Of a stretch of 64,000 nt of DNA, positions 10,861 to 20,775 are shown in pieces (position 1 is the stretch's first letter; each line of letters opens with the position of its first letter). The notes beneath the pieces are model-generated. The model was not told the origin of the DNA. It saw only the letters and a program-made list of their open reading frames with translations, and searched no databases. A program made the position numbers and the translations under genes. Origin of the DNA: an uncultured Eubacteriales bacterium (lineage in GTDB: Bacteria > Bacillota > Clostridia > Oscillospirales > CAG-272); NCBI GenBank assembly GCA_949747515.1, contig CATKFO010000086.1, positions 1,208-65,207 on the forward strand. Reading direction: 5' to 3'.

Positions 10861-12969
10861 ATGAAAAAATTACTTTCAGCTTCTCTCGCCGCGTTAATTA
10901 TAGCGGGCGCTTCCTCAATCTATGCGGAGTCGCCTAGCTTTTCGGACGTTAAAAGCGGAGATTGGTTTTACGCCGCCGTTACAGACGCGGCTGAGCGAGG
11001 AATACTTACCGGAGTAGGCGACGGAGTATTTTCACCGAACGGAAAAATGACGCGCGCGCAGATGGTCACCGTTCTCGCTCGTCTATCGGGAGAGGACGCG
11101 ACTGGAAAAAGCGTAAAAATGAAGTTCGTCGATACCGACGAGAACGCGTGGTACGCCGATTACATAGGATGGGGAGTAGAAAAAGGTATTGCGGGAGGAT
11201 ACCCGGACGGAACGTTCATGCCGGATGAGCCCGTTTTGCGGCAGGAACTTGCGTCGTTTTTCGTCAGATATCTTAATTACGCTAACGTAAAACTTCCGGA
11301 CGCGCCGAAGATAGAAGTATTTAGAGATAAAGATCAAATACCCGAGTGGGCGGCGGAAGATGTAGAAACATTAAGGCTGACCGGACTTATGAGCGGCGAC
11401 GGAGGCCGATTTAACCCAAATGGAGAAACTACGCGCGCTGAATTCGCTACGGTTGTGTCAAGGTATTTTGAAGTCCTGCCGGAATCTCGAGACATAATGT
11501 ATTCAGCGCTTGAAAACATTATGGATACGGTTGAAACAAAGGCGCGCAGAATCTATCTGAAAACCGGCGTTACCGACTGGATGACAGCCGAAAATATAGG
11601 ATCGCTTCTCCTTCCGCAAATGGGTCTCGACGTTTTAAAATACGAGCTGATTATTCCCGATCAGGAGCTTGAAGAGCTTCGTTCGGATAATAATTACGGT
11701 TCGATAACGCCCGACAATAGCTTGTCATATACGCTCGACATAGCCGTGAAAAACAGGGAGTCCGGAGAGATTACCGAAACGAAGAGATGTAATTTTTTAT
11801 TTGAAAAAACGAATATTCTCGTATATGTAGATCCGGACGATTTTGATTCTGGAATTGACGAAGTCAAGTATGAAGAGATGAAAAAACGATCTATCGTATC
11901 GGTTGGAGATCTTTCTCGTTTCGCCAAGGCGATTAAAAAGGCGGAGAGCGGAGAAGATATTACCGTCGCGTATATCGGCGGATCAGTAACCGAAGGAACG
12001 GGAGGCGGAGCGTCTTCATGCTACGCCCGCATATCGGCGAACTGGATTGCTAAGCGATATCCGGATATTAACGTTAACTATGTGAACGCTGGAATCGGAG
12101 GAACCACGTCCGTTCTTGGGAATATCAGAGTGGGAGAAGACGTGCTCTCGCGTAATCCGGATATTGTGTTCGTCGAATTTGGCGTAAACGACCGTGACGA
12201 CGATCATCATCTGGAAACATACGAAAGTCTTGTAAGGACGATTCTTTCTTCTGAAGGCGATCCCGCGGCGATTCTTCTTTTCTCCGCGCATAAAAATATC
12301 GACGCATATCCGGGAAACGGCTATGGACGTCAGGAGACGCAGAAGCTTGTCGGAGAATTTTACGATCTGCCGATGATCAGCATAGGTTCAGCTATAAATC
12401 CCGCCATTGAAGAAGGACTTATCGAGTGGTCGGATTTCAGCGGAGACGACGTTCATCCTAATAAATGGGGACATCAGGTATATTCGGATATGATTGAATA
12501 CTTTCTTGACACGGCGCGCGCGTCCGTAAAAAATATGTCTGACGACGAGCTTAAGATAAGTCCGATAGAAACAGATTCGCATACTCCCGCAAGATATGAA
12601 AATCTAAAATTCCGCGACAGATCTTCGCTTGATCTCGTCAGCGCTGGTTCATGGAAGGACAGCCAATTCGGAGATAGGTTTGATAATGGATGGAAACGAA
12701 GCGGCGCAGAAAATGAAAACAGTCCGTTTACATTCAAATTTACAGGCTCAAATTTATTCCTTCTGTATCAAGGCGGAGAAGATTTCGCTCGTCTTCGGGT
12801 TTCAATAGACGGAGGGGATGAGATAGAGGTATACTCCGGAGGAGGAAGCGGAATCGGGTACAAACTCATAGCGTCTCTCGAAGCTGAAGGCGAACACACC
12901 GTGTCCATACGCGTAAGGGATGAAGACAAAGACCGCGACGCATATATCTTCGCAGCGGCTTATAACTGA
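10861..12969 (+). CDS. Secreted SLH-anchored SGNH/GDSL-family hydrolase (esterase/deacetylase-like)
   Basis: Signal peptide (MKKLLSASLAALIIAGASSIYA). Three SLH-like repeats (FSDVKSGDWFY.., FVDTDENAWYADYIGW.., FRDKDQIPEWAAEDV..). SGNH blocks: AYIGGSVTEG (I), GIGGTTS (II), FGVNDR (III), DDVHPN (V). Confidence 0.85.
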   Translation: MKKLLSASLAALIIAGASSIYAESPSFSDVKSGDWFYAAVTDAAERGILTGVGDGVFSPNGKMTRAQMVTVLARLSGEDATGKSVKMKFVDTDENAWYADYIGWGVEKGIAGGYPDGTFMPDEPVLRQELASFFVRYLNYANVKLPDAPKIEVFRDKDQIPEWAAEDVETLRLTGLMSGDGGRFNPNGETTRAEFATVVSRYFEVLPESRDIMYSALENIMDTVETKARRIYLKTGVTDWMTAENIGSLLLPQMGLDVLKYELIIPDQELEELRSDNNYGSITPDNSLSYTLDIAVKNRESGEITETKRCNFLFEKTNILVYVDPDDFDSGIDEVKYEEMKKRSIVSVGDLSRFAKAIKKAESGEDITVAYIGGSVTEGTGGGASSCYARISANWIAKRYPDINVNYVNAGIGGTTSVLGNIRVGEDVLSRNPDIVFVEFGVNDRDDDHHLETYESLVRTILSSEGDPAAILLFSAHKNIDAYPGNGYGRQETQKLVGEFYDLPMISIGSAINPAIEEGLIEWSDFSGDDVHPNKWGHQVYSDMIEYFLDTARASVKNMSDDELKISPIETDSHTPARYENLKFRDRSSLDLVSAGSWKDSQFGDRFDNGWKRSGAENENSPFTFKFTGSNLFLLYQGGEDFARLRVSIDGGDEIEVYSGGGSGIGYKLIASLEAEGEHTVSIRVRDEDKDRDAYIFAAAYN

Positions 12970-13421
12970 TCGGATTAAATAAATTTCCGGCAGATGTTCA
13001 TACCATTTTTCAAAATTATATTCTCATGGTTACCACAAATATGCAGATCGCGATATAAGATATAAACTTAATACATATTTCAAACGGAGATATTGTATTA
13101 ACCGACACAAGTTTTTTAATTGTAAAGAATTTATAATATCCGATTATGACGCGCATACAAACGATCTGACGAGGTATTGCCGCGCAATAGAGCTTTATTT
13201 TATTATGAAATATTTGATGAAAAAAATTGATCAAAATAACGAAACGTTAGCTCAACGTCGCATTCACGGAGATACAAAAACTGAGAAAGACGAATATGCG
13301 GCCAGGCTCAATAAATCCGTTCAGCGTGCTAAAGACTCTCAAAAATAAAGCTCTTATTGCGTTTGTTGAATTTTGAGCGTTTATATAATTGAACAAATTT
13401 TCATAAATTTGCACTTTTGTA

Positions 13422-13450
13422 TTTACAATGATAAACGCTTATGGTATAAT
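13422..13450 (+). promoter_or_regulatory. Promoter of rpsO, followed by a ~135-nt GC-rich structured leader (possible S15 autoregulatory leader)
   Basis: TTTACA-17 nt-TATAAT with a TGg extension. The leader 13455-13590 is markedly GC-rich compared with its flanks. Confidence 0.5.
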
Positions 13451-13591
13451 AATAAATAAGTACCGCCGGCGCGGTTTTCGGATACAGCGCCTCATCGGCG
13501 TCCCACGGCTTTACGCGAAGGACGCGGTTGCAAGGGCGATTCACCCGCCGACAGCTGAGCTCGCGGACTGAAATTTATTTGAGGTGAAACC

Positions 13592-13858
13592 ATGATCAGC
13601 AAGGAAAAAAAGCAGGAACTTATCGAGCAGTACAAAACGCACGAGGGCGACACTGGATCTCCCGAGGTTCAGATCGCTATTCTTACCTATCGTATCAACA
13701 CTCTTACCGAGCACCTGAAGATTAACAAGAAGGACCATCACAGCCGCCGCGGTCTCCACAAAATGGTAGGTCATCGCCGCAACCTTCTCGGATATCTCCA
13801 GAAAAACGATATAGAGCGTTACCGCGCTATTATTGAGAAACTCGGACTCAGAAGATAA
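13592..13858 (+). CDS. rpsO: 30S ribosomal protein S15
   Basis: 88 aa, [37 protein letters not shown]. Confidence 0.97.
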   Translation: MISKEKKQELIEQYKTHEGDTGSPEVQIAILTYRINTLTEHLKINKKDHHSRRGLHKMVGHRRNLLGYLQKNDIERYRAIIEKLGLRR

Positions 13859-13870
13859 GTATGCCAACGT

Positions 13871-13916
13871 TATCGAGGCAGACCGGCTCTGCCGGCATGC
13901 CTCGATAAATTTTTTC
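13871..13916 (+). terminator. rpsO terminator / start of the pnp leader
   Basis: TATCGAGGCA...TGCCTCGATA stem followed by AATTTTTT. Confidence 0.8.
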
Positions 13917-14033
13917 AAGACAGGTACGCCGCCGGGTTTTAGCAGTTAAACATGGACGCGACTTTTAGTCGCGTATGTGTCTAAATGCTGAACCTCAGCG
14001 GTATGTAATCAAACAAAAGAAAGGAAAAATAAA

Positions 14034-16127
14034 ATGTTTGAAAACTACAAGAAGTTCAGCTATGAATTTGCCGGAAGACCTTTGACTGTAGAAACAGGCA
14101 AAATGGCGGGTCTTGCAAACGGTTCCGCGCTTATCCGCTATGGAGATACTGCTATTCTTGCATGCGCCACCGCATCCGCGCGCCCGAGAGAGGGAATAGA
14201 TTTTCTCCCTCTGTCTATAGATTTTGAGGAGAGACTTTACTCCGTAGGACGCATTCCCGGCAGCTATATGAAAAGAGAAGGACGTCCGTCGGAAAAGGCG
14301 ATTCTTACGGCTAGGGTTATAGATCGCCCCGTCCGTCCTCTATTCCCTAAGGATCTGAGAAACGACGTGGCGATTTCTCTGCTCGTGCTCTCCGTAGACC
14401 ATGATTGTTCTCCTGAGATTACCGGTATGATAGGAGCGTCTATCGCGCTCTCAATTTCCGATATTCCTTGGAACGGGCCTATAGGCGGAGTATTCGTAGG
14501 ACTTACCGAAGAAGAGGGTATCATAATGAACCCAACGTCCGAGCAGCGCGGACGGAGTTCTCTTGAGCTGACCGTAGCCGCGTCGGCTAAGAAAGTCGTT
14601 ATGATTGAAGCGGGCGCTAAAGAAGTGGCCGACGACGTAATGTTCGACGCTATTATGAAGGCGCACGAAGAGATTAAAGGACTTATCAAATTTATCGATA
14701 ATATTGTTAAAGAAATTGGTAAACCGAAATTTGAGTATCCGTCCTGCGAGCTTGATCACGACATGTTCGATAAGGTTTTCTCGTTCTGCGAGAAGGACGT
14801 AATGTTCGCGCTCGACACCGACGACAAAACTGTTCGCGACGCGAGAATGGAGCCAATCCGCGACGCAATTATAGAAAAGTTCATTGAGGAGTATCCGGAT
14901 CTCGAGGCGATATATCCAGAGCTTATTTATAAAATTCAGAAGAAAATCGTTCGCCGCTGGCTTCTCGACGACAAAAAGCGCGTCGACGGAAGACGAATGG
15001 ATCAGATCAGACCGCTTGCGGCAGAGGTAGGGCTCTTTAACAGAACGCACGGCAGCGGTATGTTCACTAGGGGACAGACTCAGGTTATGACTATAGCTAC
15101 GCTCGGCGCCTTATCGGACGCTCAGGCGCTTGACGGAATCAGCGAAGACGAATCTAAGAGATATATGCACCATTACAATATGCCGGGCTATTCCGTAGGA
15201 GAAGCCAAATCTTCTAGAAGTCCGGGTCGCCGTGAAATAGGCCACGGCGCTCTTGCAGAGCGTTCGCTTGTTCCCGTGCTTCCTTCCGTTGAGGAATTTC
15301 CTTATGCCATCAGGCTTGTGTCGGAAGTTATAAGCTCTAACGGATCAACCTCGCAGGCCTCCGTTTGCGGTTCAACTCTTGCTCTCATGGACGCGGGAGT
15401 TCCGATTAAAGCTCCCGTCGCCGGTATTTCCTGCGGACTTATCACTGAGGAGAACAGCGATCGCTTCATGACCATGATCGATATTCAGGGTCTCGAGGAC
15501 TTCTACGGAGATATGGACTTTAAGGTTGCGGGAACACATAAGGGTATTACTTCAATTCAGATGGATCTGAAGATAGACGGCTTGACTCCAGAAATTATCA
15601 AGGAAGCTCTTGAAGTAACGCACAAGGGGCGCGATTATATAATCGACGATATCCTGCTTAAGGCGATTCCAGCTCCGAGAGAAGAAGTTTCCGAGTACGC
15701 TCCTAAGATGCTTTCTATGAAGATCGACGTTGAGAAAATCAGCGAGGTTATCGGTAAGCAGGGCAAGGTTATACAGGGTATTGTAGCCGAAACTGGCGCG
15801 AAGATCGATATTGAAGAGGACGGAACGATTTATATCGCGTCTCCGTCGAAGGCTTCTATCGAGGCGGCGAAAGCTGCTATCGACGCAATAGTGTTCGAAC
15901 CAGTTCCCGGTGAGATATATACCGGCCGAGTAACTCGTATAATCCCAATCGGCGCGTTTGTAGAATTTGCTCCTAAAAAAGAAGGCCTTGTTCACATTTC
16001 TAAGCTTGATAACAAGAGAACTGAAAAGGTGGAGGATGTTTGCAACGTAGGCGACGAGATGAAAGTTAAATTCTTAGGCGTAGATGAAAAAGGACGTATG
16101 AATCTTTCCAGAAGAGACGCTCTTTGA
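14034..16127 (+). CDS. pnp: Polyribonucleotide nucleotidyltransferase (PNPase)
   Basis: 697 aa with two RNase PH domains plus KH and S1 (GEIYTGRVTRIIPIGAFVEF), and rpsO-pnp synteny. Confidence 0.97.
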   Translation: MFENYKKFSYEFAGRPLTVETGKMAGLANGSALIRYGDTAILACATASARPREGIDFLPLSIDFEERLYSVGRIPGSYMKREGRPSEKAILTARVIDRPVRPLFPKDLRNDVAISLLVLSVDHDCSPEITGMIGASIALSISDIPWNGPIGGVFVGLTEEEGIIMNPTSEQRGRSSLELTVAASAKKVVMIEAGAKEVADDVMFDAIMKAHEEIKGLIKFIDNIVKEIGKPKFEYPSCELDHDMFDKVFSFCEKDVMFALDTDDKTVRDARMEPIRDAIIEKFIEEYPDLEAIYPELIYKIQKKIVRRWLLDDKKRVDGRRMDQIRPLAAEVGLFNRTHGSGMFTRGQTQVMTIATLGALSDAQALDGISEDESKRYMHHYNMPGYSVGEAKSSRSPGRREIGHGALAERSLVPVLPSVEEFPYAIRLVSEVISSNGSTSQASVCGSTLALMDAGVPIKAPVAGISCGLITEENSDRFMTMIDIQGLEDFYGDMDFKVAGTHKGITSIQMDLKIDGLTPEIIKEALEVTHKGRDYIIDDILLKAIPAPREEVSEYAPKMLSMKIDVEKISEVIGKQGKVIQGIVAETGAKIDIEEDGTIYIASPSKASIEAAKAAIDAIVFEPVPGEIYTGRVTRIIPIGAFVEFAPKKEGLVHISKLDNKRTEKVEDVCNVGDEMKVKFLGVDEKGRMNLSRRDAL

Positions 16128-16206
16128 TTTTATAAACCTTGGGGGGAGAGACGTAGTCTTTCCTCCTCTTTAATTATATAAAAATTTATGAAAGGCCGAC
16201 TGAAAA

Positions 16207-16470
16207 ATGAAAACCAGAAAAAAACGCGGCGATAACGATAAAGAAACGTTGACTGAACGAGACGCGTATCTAATAAATACGACCGCTTTCAGGCGGCGAA
16301 GGTTCGACCGCCGTTTTGCGGGAATATTCATTGCGTTTCTTTTGCTTTTAATAATAGTCGGGACATCTTTGTTTTTCATATTTACGGGACGCAGCCGAAT
16401 ACCGGACAGGCGAGCGAAAATAACTGATAAGGTTGAGATCTTTACGTTTGTTGAAGATGAAAAAATTTAA
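16207..16470 (+). CDS. Hypothetical small membrane protein (basic N-terminus, one TM)
   Basis: 87-aa ORF with RRRRFDRRFAGIFIAFLLLLIIVGTSLFFIF. I recognised no homology. Confidence 0.3.
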   Translation: MKTRKKRGDNDKETLTERDAYLINTTAFRRRRFDRRFAGIFIAFLLLLIIVGTSLFFIFTGRSRIPDRRAKITDKVEIFTFVEDEKI

Positions 16471-16608
16471 TATAACCGATTAAACGTAACACGGACATTT
16501 CAGTAACAATTCCTTCTCTTTTCATAAAGCCGTCACAATGGGGAACTATAATTAAAGCGTAAAAGAAATAAGCTCGTAAGACGTCGAGCAATATTATAAT
16601 ATGAGCGA

Positions 16609-18171
16609 ATGAAAGGAAGAAACGCAATGAGAGACGGTTACGAAAACAATAATGTCTTCCCCGATAACGAGGAAAGTCCCGAAAAGAAGAATTATGTAAG
16701 TTCCGACGGCTCGGACAATGCGGAAATCTATGCGAGCGTAAATGAAAATCGCGAGTCTGCCCGGCAGGATTCAAACGCCGTGGATGCGAATAAATCCACG
16801 TATGATAATGCTACCGTCGTTGTCCGCAGCTCGGAAAGAAATATTACGGGCGCTGAAAACAATCGTACGGCGCATAGCGAATTTGGAGCTCCGCGAGGAT
16901 ATTATTCCGGAATAAATCGTTCGAGCGGAGAAATGACGTATGCTCCGAATCCTGCGGAGGAAAAGAAAAGGAAAAAAGCTGAGAAGAAGCTCATGAAAAA
17001 GCAGAACAACGTTCGAAAGGGCGTTAACTGGGCGGCAGCGTCGATTCTTGTTCTCGTATCTCTTCTTTTAGCCGCCGCCTGCGGATTTGGCGGAGCGTAC
17101 GTCGGAAACGTTTATTTTGGACAAACATATGGAGATACGGTGGAGCCGCTGGTTATACATCGCGTCGACGGTACTTCGTCTGAAGGAACTAATCTTACGT
17201 ACGCCGACGTTGTGGCGAAGGTTGAAAATACGGTGGTGTCTATTTCCACCGAATATAAGGCCACCAGCTTCTTTGGACAGTATGTTACTGGCGGAGCAGG
17301 ATCGGGCGTTATTATCTCAGAAAACGGATATATAGTTACCAATAATCACGTTATCTGCGGAAGCGACAGCAGATCTGTCGCCGATTCAATAAAAGTTAAG
17401 CTTAAGAACGGCCAGGAATATGAGGCAGAGGTCATAGGGACCGACGCGGATTCGGATATAGCCCTTCTGAAAATCGAAATGTCCGGCCTGATATACGCAG
17501 AGTTCAGCGACAGCGACACGCTTGTAGTCGGCGAGGAAGTTATGGCTATAGGAAATCCTCTTGGAGAACTGTCCGGCACGGTTACAAACGGCATAATCAG
17601 CTCGCTTGCGCGTGAAATTGAGGTCGACGGGACCGTAATGAATCTTCTTCAGACAAACACGGCCATAAATCCCGGAAATTCCGGCGGAGGTCTGTTTAAT
17701 ATGAAAGGAGAGCTTGTCGGAGTGGTTAACGCTAAGTCCTCCGGAACCGGTATTGAAGGACTTGGATTTGCAATTCCATCCAACGACGCACTTGATACCG
17801 TAAGCCAGCTGAGAGAAAAAGGGTATGTGTCCGGCAGGCCGTTTATCGGCGCTACTATCGCAAATATTTTTGACAGCTCTACGGCTTCCTATTACGGAGT
17901 TCGCACCTACGGCGTATATGTTACCAACTTAATGGAAGGACTGAACGACGGCGAAGAAGGACTTAAGCTTAAGGATAGGATTATTTCCGTCAACGAGCAG
18001 GAGATAGCCTCTTATAAAGACGTGGGAGAGATTGTTAAATCGTCAGAGGTTGGCGACGTGCTGAAGTTTACGATTATCCGGGAAGGAAAGACAATGACTG
18101 TAGACGTAACTTGTTACGAATCCACCGGCTCTAACTCTTCTGAAGACGACGGCGGAATCGGAACGCGTTGA
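16609..18171 (+). CDS. htrA: HtrA/DegP-family serine protease with a PDZ domain and a long low-complexity N-terminal region
   Basis: Catalytic triad contexts TNNHV (His), DSDIALLKI (Asp), GNSGGGLFN (Ser). One TM (WAAASILVLVSLLLAAACGF) and a C-terminal PDZ. The start could be ATG 16627, which has a better-spaced AAGGAAG. Confidence 0.9.
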   Translation: MKGRNAMRDGYENNNVFPDNEESPEKKNYVSSDGSDNAEIYASVNENRESARQDSNAVDANKSTYDNATVVVRSSERNITGAENNRTAHSEFGAPRGYYSGINRSSGEMTYAPNPAEEKKRKKAEKKLMKKQNNVRKGVNWAAASILVLVSLLLAAACGFGGAYVGNVYFGQTYGDTVEPLVIHRVDGTSSEGTNLTYADVVAKVENTVVSISTEYKATSFFGQYVTGGAGSGVIISENGYIVTNNHVICGSDSRSVADSIKVKLKNGQEYEAEVIGTDADSDIALLKIEMSGLIYAEFSDSDTLVVGEEVMAIGNPLGELSGTVTNGIISSLAREIEVDGTVMNLLQTNTAINPGNSGGGLFNMKGELVGVVNAKSSGTGIEGLGFAIPSNDALDTVSQLREKGYVSGRPFIGATIANIFDSSTASYYGVRTYGVYVTNLMEGLNDGEEGLKLKDRIISVNEQEIASYKDVGEIVKSSEVGDVLKFTIIREGKTMTVDVTCYESTGSNSSEDDGGIGTR

Positions 18172-18350
18172 CGAATTTGAAGACGGAAAAATTTTGCGGG
18201 GGCGTTGCCAAGCGCCTCCGCTAGTCTGGCAGTTTATAAAAATGATTATTTGAAGAGCGTTTTTCCTGTCAGACTTAGCGTCTATTTCTATACAAATTTA
18301 TCGCCTACATGACAGCATAGATTCCGCTTAACGGCAGAAAGGGAGATTCC

Positions 18351-19040
18351 ATGTATAAAATACTTATTGCGGACGATGAGGAAGGTATTCGTCGACTTAT
18401 AACCAAATACGCTTTGTTTGAGGGGCACGATACCATAGAAGCGTCGAACGGTATGGAAGCGATCGAGTTCTGCCGCCGTGAAAATCCGGATATTGCGGTT
18501 ATAGACATTATGATGCCTGAATTGGACGGATTTTCAGCGTGCAGGGAAATACGTAAATTTTCAGACGTGCCTATTATTATTTTAAGCGCGCGCGGCGAGG
18601 AATACGATAAAATCAACGGGTTTGAGGTCGGCGTCGACGATTATGTCGTAAAACCCTTCTCGCCTAAGGAGCTTATGCTTAGAATAGAAGCGGTGATGAA
18701 ACGATACGGAGCGCGCTTGATCGGCGGCTCGGAAACGAGGAAGGAAATATTTGAGGTCGGCGGACTAAAAGTAGACGTTACGGCTCGGATAGTATATATC
18801 GACGGAAACCGAATTGATTTGACCCCTAAGGAATACGATCTGTTGTTTTATCTGCTAAAAAATAAGAATATAGCCTTATCTAGAGAAAAGCTTATAAGCG
18901 AGGTTTGGGGATACGATTATTACGGAGACGATAGAACGCTCGACACTCATATCAAGCTGCTCAGGCGCTCTCTTGGAAAATACGCCGAACATATAGTAAC
19001 TCTCAGAGGGGTGGGGTATCGATTTGATACGGAAGTCTGA
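18351..19040 (+). CDS. OmpR-family response regulator
   Basis: ILIADDE, phospho-acceptor context VIDIMMPELDG, and a winged helix (LTPKEYDLLFYL, TLRGVGYRF). Confidence 0.93.
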   Translation: MYKILIADDEEGIRRLITKYALFEGHDTIEASNGMEAIEFCRRENPDIAVIDIMMPELDGFSACREIRKFSDVPIIILSARGEEYDKINGFEVGVDDYVVKPFSPKELMLRIEAVMKRYGARLIGGSETRKEIFEVGGLKVDVTARIVYIDGNRIDLTPKEYDLLFYLLKNKNIALSREKLISEVWGYDYYGDDRTLDTHIKLLRRSLGKYAEHIVTLRGVGYRFDTEV

Positions 19041-20523
19041 CGAGAGTTTTTCGGTTAAAAATATTGTGGAAGACAAAATTAACCGTCCATCGGTAAAACG
19101 AAGAATACTTTTGTATCTTTTGGCTTTTACGGCCGCGACGCTTTCTCTTATATGGCTTTTTCAGATAACTCTTTTTCCTGCTATATATAAACGGGTTCGC
19201 ATATCTGAAACTAAGTCGTGCGCCTCCAAAATGCTGGACTTATCTGCGGATGAATATGAAGATTCTTCAAGCGCGCTTAGCGAGCGGTACGATATTTGTA
19301 TTACGGTGTTCAAAATTCAGAATCGCATCGGAACAGTGGAAACGGAACGTCACGTCAATTCAAACTGCTTCATACATAATATGTATTCGGATCCTGCTTA
19401 CGCAAACTCGTATTTTACCTCTATTTATACGGAGGTAAAGAATAATGGAGGATTGCTTCAAAGCGCGCCTCTTTTCGGTTCCCGATACGCTAATTCAAAC
19501 GAAACGGAAGCGTCGGATGACGGAGCCAATATTATATACGCCGTTTTATCTGAGTCAAGCGACGGAGAATATCTCATGCTCTTCAACACGGAGACGTATC
19601 CACTTGCATCCACCGTTTCAACAGTAAGGACGATCCTCGGAATAATTTCACTTATTTTAATTATTCTGTCGGTAATTATATCTTTGCTGATTTCCGCCCA
19701 TATGACTCGGCCTATAGCTAACATGAGCCGAGAGGCGGCAAAACTTGCGCTCGGAGATTACGACGTTCACTTCGACGGCGGCGCGTACAGAGAAACGGGA
19801 GAGCTGGCGGATACCTTAGACAGAGCCGCCAGGGAATTGTCCGCTCTTGACAGGATGCAGAAAGATTTGATTGGAAACATATCGCACGATCTTCGAACTC
19901 CTCTTACTATGATAAAAGGGTACGGAGAGGTAATGCGCGATATTCCCGGGGAGATGACGGCGGAAAATATGCAGGTCATAATAGACGAGACCGAGAGACT
20001 TTCATCGCTTGTAAGCGATTTGCTCGACGCGTCGCGTATGATGTCGTCTTCTCAACAGCTTGATATAAAAGAATTCAGCGTTACGGAAGCGGTAGAGGAG
20101 ACGGTAAATAGATTTTCAAAGCTTTGCGAGCGCGACGGATATAAAATTTTATTTGAACGAGATTCCAATGCGATTGTAAGAGCGGATAAGACGCGCATTC
20201 TTCAAGTGATTTACAATCTGATCGGCAACGCTATAAACTATACCGGCGACGATAAAACGGTTACGATTATGCAAACTGTAAAAGACGACTCGTGCAGAAT
20301 TTCCATTACGGACAGCGGAGAGGGAATACCGGAATGCGAGCTTCCAATGATATGGGAGCGCTATTATAAATCCGGACGGTTTCATAAACGTCCTTCTCAG
20401 GGGTCGGGTATAGGTCTTTCTATAGTTAAAAACGCGTTGATCATGCACGGCGCCCGCTTTGGAGTGAGCAGCTCGGTTGGAATTGGCAGCACGTTTTGGT
20501 TTGAACTGAAAATAGCTGATTAA
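19024..20523 (+). CDS. Sensor histidine kinase (2 TM, HAMP, HisKA, HATPase_c)
   Basis: H-box ISHDLRTPLT, N-box IGNAINYT, G-boxes DSGEGI and GSGIGLSIV. The start is uncertain: TTG 19024 overlaps the RR gene, and GTG 19066 is the alternative. Confidence 0.9.
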   Translation: MIRKSDESFSVKNIVEDKINRPSVKRRILLYLLAFTAATLSLIWLFQITLFPAIYKRVRISETKSCASKMLDLSADEYEDSSSALSERYDICITVFKIQNRIGTVETERHVNSNCFIHNMYSDPAYANSYFTSIYTEVKNNGGLLQSAPLFGSRYANSNETEASDDGANIIYAVLSESSDGEYLMLFNTETYPLASTVSTVRTILGIISLILIILSVIISLLISAHMTRPIANMSREAAKLALGDYDVHFDGGAYRETGELADTLDRAARELSALDRMQKDLIGNISHDLRTPLTMIKGYGEVMRDIPGEMTAENMQVIIDETERLSSLVSDLLDASRMMSSSQQLDIKEFSVTEAVEETVNRFSKLCERDGYKILFERDSNAIVRADKTRILQVIYNLIGNAINYTGDDKTVTIMQTVKDDSCRISITDSGEGIPECELPMIWERYYKSGRFHKRPSQGSGIGLSIVKNALIMHGARFGVSSSVGIGSTFWFELKIAD

Positions 20524-20528
20524 TAGCT

Positions 20529-20579
20529 AATAACGTCAGAGCCTTTACGCGGTATATCGCGGGGCTTTGACGTTATTTT
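20529..20579 (+). terminator. Terminator after the two-component operon
   Basis: AATAACGTCAGAGCC...GGCTTTGACGTTATT long stem followed by a T-run. Confidence 0.7.
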
Positions 20580-20775
20580 ACTATTTCATATATGCATAAT
20601 AGACAAATTGTCGAGGCTATTTTTAGCTTGTTTGATAAAAATATTGTCGATTTAATATAAATATTTGACTTAGCAGCTCTGATATGATAGAATATAGACG
20701 GAAGCGCCGCGGTATATACGCGTCTGTAAATACCGATCGGCTCTCAAATAACCTCATTCTTTATATAAAATACTT

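Noticed and set aside
13016-13348. 72-aa minus-strand ORF (13016..13234) and a 47-aa hydrophilic plus-strand ORF (13205..13348, MKYLMKKIDQNNETLAQRRIHGDTKTEKDEYAARLNKSVQRAKDSQK)
   Set aside because: Both sit in an extremely AT-rich intergenic stretch. Neither has a convincing SD, and I recognised no family. They could be real small proteins, but the sequence alone does not support that.
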